In this document: in pieces, positions 1 to 8,930 of the stretch | How positions within the stretch are numbered: the stretch's first letter is position 1 | Layout: each line of letters opens with the position of its first letter | Source: a bacterium | GTDB lineage: Bacteria > UBA8248 | Assembly (NCBI GenBank): GCA_965204535.1 | Contig: CBDBEV010000001.1 | Span: 1,440,001-1,504,000, forward strand | Direction: 5' to 3' | DNA: 64,000 nt | Made by a program: the position numbers and the translations under genes | The notes under the pieces: model-generated | Database searches by the model: none | Seen by the model: only the letters and a program-made list of their open reading frames with translations | Told to the model about the DNA's origin: nothing

Positions 1-777
1 TCTAGCACGCTCTATGTGCTCGACGTGCGCCTGGCGCCCGAATTTTCTGACGGTCACATACCGGGGGCCATCTCCATCCCCGGCGGGCAGGCGGCGCAGC
101 GCACCGACGAGGTGATCGCCGTGCGCGCGGGCAAGGTCGTCGCCTATTGCGACAAGAACGCGCGCGGCGTGATGGCGGCCTACTGGCTGCGCCAGATGGG
201 GCTCGACGTGAGCGTGCTGCGCGGCGGCCTCACGGCGTGGCGAGAAGCCGGAGGATCGATCGAGAAGCCCAGCGAGGCGGCTTCGGGAGAGAGCCCGGCG
301 GGAGCGGGGGAAGTTCTTCTTCTCGAACGAGCGCGCGCGCAAACCCGCGCCTATTCGGCGGGGGAGGCGAGCGCCAGGAGGCAGAGGTTTGGCGCAATTT
401 TGGACGTGGATTTGAGTTCTTCCTTCGAGAAGGGCCATCTGGCGGGGTCCGTATGGGCCTCCAGGGGCCGGCTGGAGGAGGGGGCACCCGAGCGGGCGGT
501 AAACAAAAGAGCGCGGGTGATGTGCGTTTGCGAGGACGGGCGAAAATCCGCCCTGAGCGCGCTTGCTCTCCAAAGACTCGGCTACCGCAGAGTCGGTTAT
601 CTCGAAGGCGGCAAGGCGGCCTGGCGGGAAGCGGGGTTTCCTCTCGAAACCGGACGCGAGGGGCTGGATGAACTGCCCAAAGACGTGCAACTGAAACCCT
701 ACGACATCGGACGCAGCGCGATGGAGGGCTACCTCACCTGGGAGGAGAATCTCGGGAAAAAATACGCGCGCAAGTAA
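1..777 (+). CDS. Multi-domain rhodanese-like sulfurtransferase, 5'-truncated by the window edge
   Basis: Open from base 1. Two rhodanese repeats: LDVR...GHIPGA...YCDKNARG...LRGGLTAW and LDVD...GHLAGS...VCEDGRKS...LEGGKAAW. Confidence 0.85.
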   Translation, partial: SSTLYVLDVRLAPEFSDGHIPGAISIPGGQAAQRTDEVIAVRAGKVVAYCDKNARGVMAAYWLRQMGLDVSVLRGGLTAWREAGGSIEKPSEAASGESPAGAGEVLLLERARAQTRAYSAGEASARRQRFGAILDVDLSSSFEKGHLAGSVWASRGRLEEGAPERAVNKRARVMCVCEDGRKSALSALALQRLGYRRVGYLEGGKAAWREAGFPLETGREGLDELPKDVQLKPYDIGRSAMEGYLTWEENLGKKYARK

Positions 778-787
778 CGCGCGGCGT

Positions 788-1240
788 CTATTCCGGGTGC
801 GTGGGGTTCGGCGACAGGCCCGGCTGCTGTTTTCTCGCGTTCAGGGAGGCGATGATCTCCAGTTCCAGATTTTCGTTGTAGGTGTTCACCTGCCTCGGAA
901 TCGTGAACAAATCCACGATCCACCAGACGCCATAGACGAGCAGGGCGAGCAGGCTTAAGCCTGCTGTCGCGCCGCCCGCCTCGGGGTTCGATTCCGCCAT
1001 GGCGAAGCCGACCACGAAGACGAGAATCAAAACCCACGGGGCGACGACGTAGACGACGCCCGTCGCGATTCTGCCCAGATAGAACTTGTGCAGCCCCAGC
1101 CAACTCAGAAAAAACCAGAGCGCGAATGTGACGCCCGTCGATTTCCGGCGGCGGTCGAGTTCGATGTTGAGGATGTGGAGTTCGCGCTCGTCCAGCGCGC
1201 TCTTGAGCGTGATGAGCCTCTCGCTCTGGTTCATCATCAT
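788..1240 (-). CDS. TM2 (NINE) domain membrane protein
   Basis: RRKSTGVTFALWFFLSWLGLHKFYLG and WWIVDLFTIP motifs of TM2 proteins. Confidence 0.85.
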   Translation of the reverse strand: MMMNQSERLITLKSALDERELHILNIELDRRRKSTGVTFALWFFLSWLGLHKFYLGRIATGVVYVVAPWVLILVFVVGFAMAESNPEAGGATAGLSLLALLVYGVWWIVDLFTIPRQVNTYNENLELEIIASLNARKQQPGLSPNPTHPE

Positions 1241-1827
1241 TCGCAGTTGTTATGCCGACGCCACATTTCCGCGTCGTGGCCTTTCGGGACGTTGGCGCAG
1301 GGGTCCACCTTGGAATAGCCCCTGAGCGCGTTATAGGTTCTTATCTGTTTCTCGGAGAGAATTTTCAGCGTTTCGATGTGCGCGGCCAGATGGACGTAGC
1401 GCAATTCCTTTTTCGTTTCGGCGATGGCGTCAAGCGATGTTCGCAGCAGCGCGTCGGTGATGGTTCGGTTGCGAAAACCGCTCTCGAGTCGCCGCTCCAG
1501 ATCGATGAGGCGCTCGCCGTGATGTATCGCCCGGTTCTTCATCCGCCGGTATATGGTGCCGATGGCCGAGCGTTGGCTCTCGTCCAGGCCGATTTCATTT
1601 TTCATCTCCAGCAGGTGGATCGGCCCCGGCACGCCGTTCAACTCCGCCGCCTTGGCCAGCCCCCAGCCGCCGCCGCGCTTGAGCTCGGCGATGTCCTCCG
1701 CCGAAAGACTCTTGATCTCCCGGCTCTGCTGGCCGGCGTATTTGGAGTGATGAGACGATGCGTTCTCGCTCGCCTCTGCGGCGAGGCCGGGCAACAGCAA
1801 TGCAAGAGTCAACAAAACTCTGAACAT
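1237..1827 (-). CDS. Secreted helical protein, Spy/CpxP/heavy-metal-sensor-like
   Basis: AGGAG RBS before MFRVLLTLALL signal peptide; SKYAGQQSREIKSLS...GWGLAKAAELNGVPGP.HLLE and LSEKQIRTYN motifs; stop overlaps the next start. Confidence 0.7.
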   Translation of the reverse strand: MFRVLLTLALLLPGLAAEASENASSHHSKYAGQQSREIKSLSAEDIAELKRGGGWGLAKAAELNGVPGPIHLLEMKNEIGLDESQRSAIGTIYRRMKNRAIHHGERLIDLERRLESGFRNRTITDALLRTSLDAIAETKKELRYVHLAAHIETLKILSEKQIRTYNALRGYSKVDPCANVPKGHDAEMWRRHNNCE

Positions 1828-1901
1828 GAATATCTCTCCTTGCGCTTGCTTCCGCCCCGCGTGCGTGGCGAGGCGTCTTTTGCTTTGGCGGCGTTTTCGG
1901 A

Positions 1902-2186
1902 TCAGGCGTTGATGATGCCCGGTTCGTTCTGGCTGATGTCCCACCCTTTCGATTTCATGAAGTCCTTGAATCTTCCCCAGTCGAATTTGCCGGATTCATG
2001 GAACCCGAGGATGGATTCCCGCGACAGGTGTTTCTTCATCCATAGGTAGAGCGGCTCTCCGAGCGTATCGTGGTGTTGGGCGGCGAATTCGACCAGCGGA
2101 ATTCCTTCGGGTTCGAACACGATCCAGTAACTGCTTCTGTATTTTACCAGCTTCAAATCTTCTTCCAAAGGCTTGTGGTCGTTCAT
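1902..2186 (-). CDS. Hypothetical protein (94 aa)
   Basis: Protein-like composition from MNDHKPLEED; co-oriented with neighbours. Confidence 0.5.
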   Translation of the reverse strand: MNDHKPLEEDLKLVKYRSSYWIVFEPEGIPLVEFAAQHHDTLGEPLYLWMKKHLSRESILGFHESGKFDWGRFKDFMKSKGWDISQNEPGIINA

Positions 2187-2346
2187 TTTTGTTCGAATCC
2201 TTGTGATGATTGCGGCGGATCCGTGCGGGTTTTCGTTCGATTCGGCGCCTGCGGCCCGCCCGTGATGCGCTCGCGTGTCATGAGAATATAACAAGGCCCC
2301 TTGCGCAATGGAATAAAATAAATTCGAGACCTAAAGCCCGGAACCT

Positions 2347-3009
2347 TCACTCCCATTTTCTGCGCATCATCTTGACGAGTTCTGTTCCCGATTCGCCCGC
2401 GTCGAACCTTCGGGTGAATTCCTCCTCGATTTCCATGACGATTCGGGTTCGCTCGCGCACCCTTTCGGTTTCATCCTTCGGCACGACGGCCACGCCGTCC
2501 GCATCGGTGACCACGATGTCTCCGGGCACGACCCGCACCCCGCAGCATGTGACGGGCACGTCGCGCTCCGCCGCGACCAAGCGCTTCGAGTAGGGCAGGG
2601 GTCTTGGGCCGCGGCACCACACGGGCAGACCCAGTTCCCTGATTTCCAGAACGTCGCGCGCGCGCCCGTCCGTGACGACCCCCGCAGCACCGCGCCTGTG
2701 GATGACGCGTGCCCCGTTGGCCCCCAGAACGGCCATGTCGCTCGCTTCAGTCGCGAGCACGACGAACCTGCCCGGCTCCATCTCCTCGTGCGTCCCGTAG
2801 AGGCTCACGCGGGCGGGGTTCACCTCGCCTTGGACGGGCTCGAAGCGCATGGTGGCCGCGGGTGCTGCGACGCGTTCCTCCGTGAAGGGCGTGAGCGGGG
2901 CGACGTCTTTCATGATGAGGTCGAGACCCAGAAATATCGAGGCGTCCGCGACCGCCGTCGTCGGCGCGCGGGAGAAGAATTCGAGAGCGTCTTCCATGGG
3001 TTTCTCCAT
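2347..3009 (-). CDS. RraA family / HMG-CHA aldolase-like protein
   Basis: TTAVADA, GAAGVVTDGRARD, PVTCCGVRVVPGDIVVTDADGVAVVP motifs. Confidence 0.85.
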   Translation of the reverse strand: MEKPMEDALEFFSRAPTTAVADASIFLGLDLIMKDVAPLTPFTEERVAAPAATMRFEPVQGEVNPARVSLYGTHEEMEPGRFVVLATEASDMAVLGANGARVIHRRGAAGVVTDGRARDVLEIRELGLPVWCRGPRPLPYSKRLVAAERDVPVTCCGVRVVPGDIVVTDADGVAVVPKDETERVRERTRIVMEIEEEFTRRFDAGESGTELVKMMRRKWE

Positions 3010-3154
3010 CGGGTGAGAGGCGTGGGTGTGGGGGTTCCTAGGGCGAGGCGCGAATGTTGAAGCAAAGACTATTATGTAATGTGGAGCGGCTTGTCTATAA
3101 TAGCATCGCTTGAAACTTAGATATAGGTTAAGATGAATAAAGCGATGGAGGGGA

Positions 3155-3415
3155 ATGATGTCTCAAAAACGCGCATTTACGGTGAAAGCTGTATGGGACG
3201 AGGAAACGCGGGTTTTTTATTCCGTGAGCGACATCGAAGGGCTCCATATCGAAGCCGTAACGATAGAAGAGTTCGAAGAAATCCTGCAGGACGTAGCGGG
3301 TGAACTCATCGTCGCGAATCATATCAGTACGGATGAATTGGTGCACAAACCCATCAGCGAGTTGATTCCTGCCGTTTTGTGGGAACGCCCGAATATCGAA
3401 GCCATGCCTGCATAA
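3155..3415 (+). CDS. DUF1902 / HicB-like antitoxin
   Basis: VKAVWDEETRVFYSVSDIEGLHIEAVTIEEF HicB-fold motif; GGAGG RBS; adjacent to hicA. Confidence 0.8.
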   Translation: MMSQKRAFTVKAVWDEETRVFYSVSDIEGLHIEAVTIEEFEEILQDVAGELIVANHISTDELVHKPISELIPAVLWERPNIEAMPA

Positions 3416-3420
3416 GAAAT

Positions 3421-3615
3421 ATGGGAGATTTTTATAAGCAGGTAACAAGAGAATTGGCTAATCGCGGATTTGCATACTGGAGAGCAGCCAAGGGTTCTCA
3501 TGAACTCTGGCGAAACAGTGCAACCAATAAAAAAGTAATTGTTCCTAGAAAATTAACAAACAGACACACTGTAAATGGTATTTTAAGGGTCGCGGGCAGT
3601 TCTCTAAAAGTTTGA
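3421..3615 (+). CDS. hicA: HicA family mRNA interferase toxin
   Basis: 64 aa; GF...R.AKGSHELW...VIVP...TVNGILRVAG. Confidence 0.85.
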   Translation: MGDFYKQVTRELANRGFAYWRAAKGSHELWRNSATNKKVIVPRKLTNRHTVNGILRVAGSSLKV

Positions 3616-3820
3616 TTTCTTTCGTTTCTCCGGCTTCCTTGTAAGATTCCTGAAAAAAAATTCTCTTTTTAAGCACCAGAAAGGTGTGGGTGTGAGGATT
3701 GCCTTGCGCTTCGAGAAGTCTCATGTTTGAAATTCTAATCCTGATATAATAAAGTTTTATTGTACGAGCGTTCCAGAGGACCCAAATGTAAACCCGAGTC
3801 CTTAAGGAGTGCGTGGAAAA

Positions 3821-4093
3821 ATGACTGCCGAAATGATCGAAATCGCCTTTTTCGGAATCTCCGTACTGGCCTACCTTTACCGGATTGAGAGGAAGTTTGA
3901 CAGCCGCCTCTCCGCCCTGGAAGCAAGAGTGTCATCTCTGGAAGCCAGGGTTTCATCCCTGGAAGCGAGCGTGGCATCCCTGACAGCCAGCGTGTCGTCC
4001 CTGGCGGCGAGCATAGCATCCCTGGACGCAAGAGTGTCTCGTCTCGAAGGCATGTTCGAGGGTTATCTGGCGGGACAAAAATCACCTGAATAA
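3821..4093 (+). CDS. Small membrane-anchored coiled-coil protein with heptad repeats
   Basis: N-terminal hydrophobic helix followed by SxLEAxV-type heptads ending in RLEG. Confidence 0.7.
   Translation: MTAEMIEIAFFGISVLAYLYRIERKFDSRLSALEARVSSLEARVSSLEASVASLTASVSSLAASIASLDARVSRLEGMFEGYLAGQKSPE
3911..4050 (+). repeat. Degenerate 21-bp tandem repeat (6-7 units) encoding heptads
   Basis: tccgccctggaagcaagagtg / tcatctctggaagccagggtt / tcatccctggaagcgagcgtg etc. Confidence 0.85.
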
Positions 4094-4103
4094 TCTAGGG
4101 TCC

Positions 4104-4796
4104 CTAGTCCACGACGGCCACGGCCCGGCAGGGGGAGCCTTCGATACCCGGCATCTTGAGCGGCAGCGCGATAACCTCGAAGCGCTCCTGCGGTATGACG
4201 GAGAGGTTCGTCATGTGCTCGATCTGGATGATCCCGTTCCCCAGCAGCGTCCGGTGGACGACGTAGTTCTCGGGCACGTTTTCGGGAATCTTCTTCACTT
4301 CTTCTTCCTGGAGAAAATCGAAGCCTGCGGCCTTGACCCCCTTGTCCACGAGCCATCTCGCGCCGTCGCCGGTCAGGAAGGGCGAGTTTCTCAAATAAGC
4401 GTCCGAACCCCAGAATTTGTCCGTGAAATCGGTGCGGAGAAGCACGATGTCGTTTTCACGGACGAGTCCGGCATGCGCCTCCATATCCTCGGCGGAGATG
4501 GCCTCATCCGCCCCCTTGGATGAGAAATCGAGCAGACACGCCGGTCCCATGAAGCGGTCGAGCGCCACCTCGTCCGTCGTCTTCCCCCAGCGGTAGATGT
4601 GGCGCGGGCAATCGAGGTGCGTGCCCGCATGGGCGAATATGGAGAGCCAGCTGTCGACGAACACGACGTCGGGTTCTTTTTGGGGTGGAAAATATTTGCG
4701 CCGCACAGAGGTTTCGGCGTTCATCATCTTGCCCACGGCGGCCGCCACGGGGTCCATTTCGTCGTAGTGGGCGAGACTCAAATCGATGATGGGCAT
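4104..4796 (-). CDS. Cyclase family protein (kynurenine formamidase-like)
   Basis: HAGTHLDCPRH metal motif; IVLLRT, IEHMTNL, ALPLK..GIEGSPCRAVA. Confidence 0.9.
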   Translation of the reverse strand: MPIIDLSLAHYDEMDPVAAAVGKMMNAETSVRRKYFPPQKEPDVVFVDSWLSIFAHAGTHLDCPRHIYRWGKTTDEVALDRFMGPACLLDFSSKGADEAISAEDMEAHAGLVRENDIVLLRTDFTDKFWGSDAYLRNSPFLTGDGARWLVDKGVKAAGFDFLQEEEVKKIPENVPENYVVHRTLLGNGIIQIEHMTNLSVIPQERFEVIALPLKMPGIEGSPCRAVAVVD

Positions 4797-4951
4797 GAGA
4801 ACTCCTTAATACCATATGAGTGTCGTGTCATCCTTTGTTTACCGGGCAAGTCGGGGTCATCCTGTCATAAAGGCGGCTTTTTGAAAAACTTATGCAGGGA
4901 AGCCCTGTGGAGTTGTTGAAAAAGCCATCCTCGGTTGTGATTGACCACCAC

Positions 4952-5088
4952 CGTCATTCCGGCGAAAGCCGGAATCCATTTTACGCCTTTTGCCTTTCGT
5001 CAGGGTTCCCGCGCATCGGCGGGGAATGAAACGCCGCTGTTCAATCATCCGCATCCGCAAATGGATTCCGGCTTTCGCCGGAATGACG
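4952..5088. repeat. dRS3/RPE-like palindromic element with perfect 30-bp inverted arms
   Basis: cgtcattccggcgaaagccggaatccattt (4952-4981) and its reverse complement (5059-5088). Confidence 0.85.
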
Positions 5089-5242
5089 TGCAAAGCGAAA
5101 CCCCCGAATTCTGGCACTCCCCCCTGTCCGCCACCTATGCTTTATCGAACCGCCGCCCCGGCGGTAGCGCACCGCTTCTCACGCTCTTGATTAAAGGATA
5201 GTATTTCACTCATCCATTTAACGCAGACCGGAGGGAGGGGGG

Positions 5243-6067
5243 ATGAAAAAAGCGCTTTGCATCGCTCTTCTCGTTTGTTTTCTGGCTGCGCCGGTCGTCG
5301 TTTCCGCCAAATGCTCGCCCGGTCTGGTGCGCCACATGCCCTTCAGGCGAGCGTTTCCCGTATCTTACGTCTATGTAGCGAAAGCCCCGCGCCAAATCAG
5401 CATCCAGTGGTTCGGCCACGCGTTTTTCCGCATCATCTCGCCGGGGGGAATCCGGGTCGTTACCGATCCGTTCTCCCCTCATCGGGGCTATCCCATCCCC
5501 AAGACCAGTCCCCACGTGGCCACCGCGAGCGAGGCGGCGATGAACCACAGTTCCGTCGAGGTGCTGGGCGGAAACCCCGTCGTCTTGCATGGCGTGCTCG
5601 GCTACGGAGAGAAATGGAACGAGGTGGATTACCGGATAGGCGACGTGCGCATCCGCAACGTGCCCATTGTGCAGGGCATGGGTAGTGACGATTTCGACGC
5701 GGGCGAATCGAAGGCTTCTTCTTTTCTCTTCGAGACGGGTGGGCTTTGTATCGCCCACTTGGGGGATCTGGGCTCGCCCATGAACCCCGAACAGTTCAGG
5801 AGGCTGGGGAAGATTCACGTGGCCCTGGCGATCATCTCGGACCCCGGCGCGATGAACCCCAGAGTGATGGCGGATTTCGTCCGCAGACTCGGCCCCAACG
5901 TCGCGATTCCGATGGACGTCCGCTCGCTCGAGGAATTGGACGTATTTCTCGGCGCTTTCAGGCGCGTCCGCAAGCTGGAAAGCGACACCTACGTCTTCAG
6001 CCGCAGGACGCTTCCGCGTCCGACCGAGGTGGTGCTCCTCAAGCACAAGGGGTGGGAGTGGAAGTAG
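5243..6067 (+). CDS. Secreted MBL-fold protein with degenerate metal-binding motif
   Basis: Signal peptide; IQWFGHAFFRI..VVTDPF and IAHLGDLG motifs; HxHxDH position reads SEAAMNH. Confidence 0.8.
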   Translation: MKKALCIALLVCFLAAPVVVSAKCSPGLVRHMPFRRAFPVSYVYVAKAPRQISIQWFGHAFFRIISPGGIRVVTDPFSPHRGYPIPKTSPHVATASEAAMNHSSVEVLGGNPVVLHGVLGYGEKWNEVDYRIGDVRIRNVPIVQGMGSDDFDAGESKASSFLFETGGLCIAHLGDLGSPMNPEQFRRLGKIHVALAIISDPGAMNPRVMADFVRRLGPNVAIPMDVRSLEELDVFLGAFRRVRKLESDTYVFSRRTLPRPTEVVLLKHKGWEWK

Positions 6068-6091
6068 GGATATCTTGGGTACCTTCCTGCC

Positions 6092-6430
6092 CGTCATTCC
6101 GGCGAATGCCGGAATCCAGGGAATTTGTCTTTCGCCTTTCGTTTTTTGCCGTCATGCCTGACCCATGAGAGAGGCGATGAACCGTCGCCTGTTATGCGCT
6201 CTCATCGGCTCTGGATTCCGGCAATCCCTCCCTCCTCGGTCGGCATTGATTGCCGGAATGACGACACAAGGCGGTTGGTAGGGACAGGCCCCTGTGCCTG
6301 TCCGACAATGGATAACCACGGGGGGTTGTCCCTACGGGGCAACACCAACCTAAGGATACGCATTCCTGTCAGGGGAGGGATCGTGGTTTTGTAGGGGCGT
6401 CCATATACGGACACATAGGTCCGCCCCTAC
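6092..6430. repeat. Intergenic repeat cluster: dRS3-like pair plus GTAG-type REP hairpins
   Basis: cgtcattccggcgaatgccggaatccag...ctggattccggc...gccggaatgacg; gtagggacaggcccctgtgcctgtcc; gtaggggcg...cgcccctac. Confidence 0.8.
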
Positions 6431-6486
6431 GAAAAATTCGGTTTTTCGGGAATGCGTTATCAAGAGGTGGAAACGCGCCCGCCGGA

Positions 6487-8769
6487 TCAGCTTTTCTCCG
6501 CCTCCACGCGGTAGCTGTTGAATGTGGCGTTCTCGTATTCGGACAAGGCGTCGCCCGTGAGCTGGTTGGCCGCGCCGTCCTCGGGCAATCCGCCCGCAGG
6601 GACGTGTACGACGCCGGGCCTGATGTTCTCGCTCACCCTGGCCTCGAATACGGACTCTCCATAGTCGTTTTTAAGACGCACGCTGTCGCCGCTTTCGATG
6701 CCCCTTGCGGCGGCGTCTGCCGGATGCAGGGTGGCGACGTTCCAGCCGTGGCGCAGGAGCTTCCTCGCGTTGTTGAAGGTGGAACTCGCGCGGAAATAGG
6801 TTTTCGGCGTGAGGAGTTGCAGCGGGTAGTCCGCCCCATTGTCCGCCGCATATTCTTCCGGCGGGAAATGCGCGGGCACGTGTTGCGGGATATCCTCGAA
6901 GTAGATCTGCGCGCGCCCGTGCGGGGTGTTGAGGTCCCAGCGCGGAGCGGCCTCCGGGATGTCGAGAATGATTTGCCCCTCGGTCTCGAGCCTCTCGATC
7001 GTCACATCCTGAAACCAGGGGAAGCGCGCGTCCGCACGCGCGGCTTCCAGGAGTTCTTCGATCCATTCCCTCGATGATTTCCACGGGAAGTGGGCGCCGT
7101 AGCCCATCTTTTCGGCCAGACGGCAGACGATCTCGAAATCATCGAGCGACTCCCCGCGCGGCGGCATGCCGCCCGTCGAATAGAGCAGGATGTGTTTGGG
7201 CGTCATCTCATGGACGAGGTGAAAAAAGGTATTTCCCGCCTCCATGCCGTCGGTGATCGCGCAGCGCTCGAGCCAGGTGGATGCCGGCAACACCACGTCC
7301 GCGCATTTCGCCGTCGGCGTCATGAAGATGTCCGACACCGCGCAGAAATCGAGTGCGCGCAGGGCGCGCTCGGTCTTGTGCGCGTTGCCGGCCTGCCCGA
7401 CCGGGTTGCCCCACATCACCAGTGCGGCGTGCACGGGGCCGCCGTAGGAGTCGGGGTTCAGGATGGCTTCTCCGATCCGTCCGGTCGGGATGGTGCGCTT
7501 GACCGGATTGGGGACGGCCCAGCGCTCGGTCATCACCTCTACGAGGCCGGTTCCGTCCGCCTTCTCGAAGGGAAAGCCCGCCTCTCGCGCCCCGTGGCGC
7601 AGCACGCCGCCCGAGGCGCCCGCCATGAGGTTCAGGATGTGCAGCGCGCGGACGGCCTGCTCCCCATGCACGGTGCGCTGGTAAGACCCGTAAAAGACGA
7701 TGACTTTTCCTCGCCGCATCGCGTCGGCGATGGCGCGCACGTGCTCCTTTGATACGCCGCATTCGCGCGCCGCGCTCTCGGGCGTCCAAGGTTCGGCGGC
7801 GTCTCTCAGATAATCGAGCGCGGGTCTGCATCCGGTTCCGTTCCACTGGAACGTCCCACTCAAGGCCGGTTTGGCGCAGGCGGCGAACGGCCTGGCCGAA
7901 GCAGTGTCATGATCCCAGACGAGAGGCGCGCCGCTTGGGTTTGTAACGAATCTCGCGGTGTCCGCGTCCACGAGGAACGCGGCGTTGGTCCTCTGCCTGA
8001 GGAAGGTCTCATCCAGCGCGCCCTCTGCGAGGGTGAGGCGCAGCACGGCCAGCGCCAGTGCTGTGTCCGTGGAGGGGCGAATCGGCACGTGAACCTCGCC
8101 GAAGCGCTCCACTGTCCGCGTGCGGAGGGGGTCCACCACGATGAAGCGGCATCCGTTTCTCTTGGCGCTCTGTAAGGACTGGAGCAGGCCGCGGTATCCC
8201 GTCTCCACCGGGTTGTTGCCCCACAGGACGATCCACTCGCAGTCATCGGTCGGCTTGTTGCCCACCTGCCAGTGGCCGAATACGTCGTCGCTCGCGCCCA
8301 GGAATGCCTTCCAGCAGAGGCTGCCGCGCTTGTAGGGCTGCACGGCGCCGCCCCACATGTTCAAGAGCCGCATGATGGTGGCGGGCTCGGCATCGCGTCC
8401 TCCGGGCAGGGTGTGCTGGGCAGAGTAGTGGTACATCATGACGGACTCGTTTCCGCCCTTCGCCTTGGCGTCCTCGAGTCCACCGGCGACGAGTTCGAGC
8501 GCCTCGTCCCAGCTCACGCGCTCGAAGCGGTTCGCGCCGCCCGGCCCCGAGCCCTTCGCACCCACGCGCTTCATCGGGTAGAGGAGCCTGTCGGGGTGGT
8601 GATACCTGTCCGGCAACTGGAACCCCTTGATGCAGGGCTTGATGCGCATCCTGGGATTCGCGCGGAACGAGGAGATATTTTCGCCGCTCGATTCCACCTC
8701 GAAGCTGCAGGGGTTGTTCCCGCAGTGGGGGGAGCAGATCGTATAGGATTTTCGCGTTGCGCCGGACAT
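6487..8769 (-). CDS. Molybdopterin (bis-MGD, DMSO reductase superfamily) oxidoreductase catalytic subunit
   Basis: N-terminal CSPHCGNNPC...CIKG Fe-S motif; RL.YPMKRVG, ISWDEA-like, WGNNP, DIFMTPTA..ADVVLPA, LHP.DA..RGI..GD. Confidence 0.92.
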   Translation of the reverse strand: MSGATRKSYTICSPHCGNNPCSFEVESSGENISSFRANPRMRIKPCIKGFQLPDRYHHPDRLLYPMKRVGAKGSGPGGANRFERVSWDEALELVAGGLEDAKAKGGNESVMMYHYSAQHTLPGGRDAEPATIMRLLNMWGGAVQPYKRGSLCWKAFLGASDDVFGHWQVGNKPTDDCEWIVLWGNNPVETGYRGLLQSLQSAKRNGCRFIVVDPLRTRTVERFGEVHVPIRPSTDTALALAVLRLTLAEGALDETFLRQRTNAAFLVDADTARFVTNPSGAPLVWDHDTASARPFAACAKPALSGTFQWNGTGCRPALDYLRDAAEPWTPESAARECGVSKEHVRAIADAMRRGKVIVFYGSYQRTVHGEQAVRALHILNLMAGASGGVLRHGAREAGFPFEKADGTGLVEVMTERWAVPNPVKRTIPTGRIGEAILNPDSYGGPVHAALVMWGNPVGQAGNAHKTERALRALDFCAVSDIFMTPTAKCADVVLPASTWLERCAITDGMEAGNTFFHLVHEMTPKHILLYSTGGMPPRGESLDDFEIVCRLAEKMGYGAHFPWKSSREWIEELLEAARADARFPWFQDVTIERLETEGQIILDIPEAAPRWDLNTPHGRAQIYFEDIPQHVPAHFPPEEYAADNGADYPLQLLTPKTYFRASSTFNNARKLLRHGWNVATLHPADAAARGIESGDSVRLKNDYGESVFEARVSENIRPGVVHVPAGGLPEDGAANQLTGDALSEYENATFNSYRVEAEKS

Positions 8770-8930
8770 CGCCGCCTCTTCCCGGTTTTCGCACGGGGGC
8801 TACTTTACATGATTTCTCGCGCAAACTAACATAGGGCTTCTTTTGTTTCTGGGCAAATGGCATTTGTCATCATTGAGCGGAAAGCGACGGCGTCGCTTCC
8901 ATTATCCGAACCTTCTGGAGGTATGAGAGC

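Noticed and set aside
2186-2230. gttcgaatcc T-loop-like tRNA signal
   Set aside because: No cloverleaf, acceptor stem or CCA around it.
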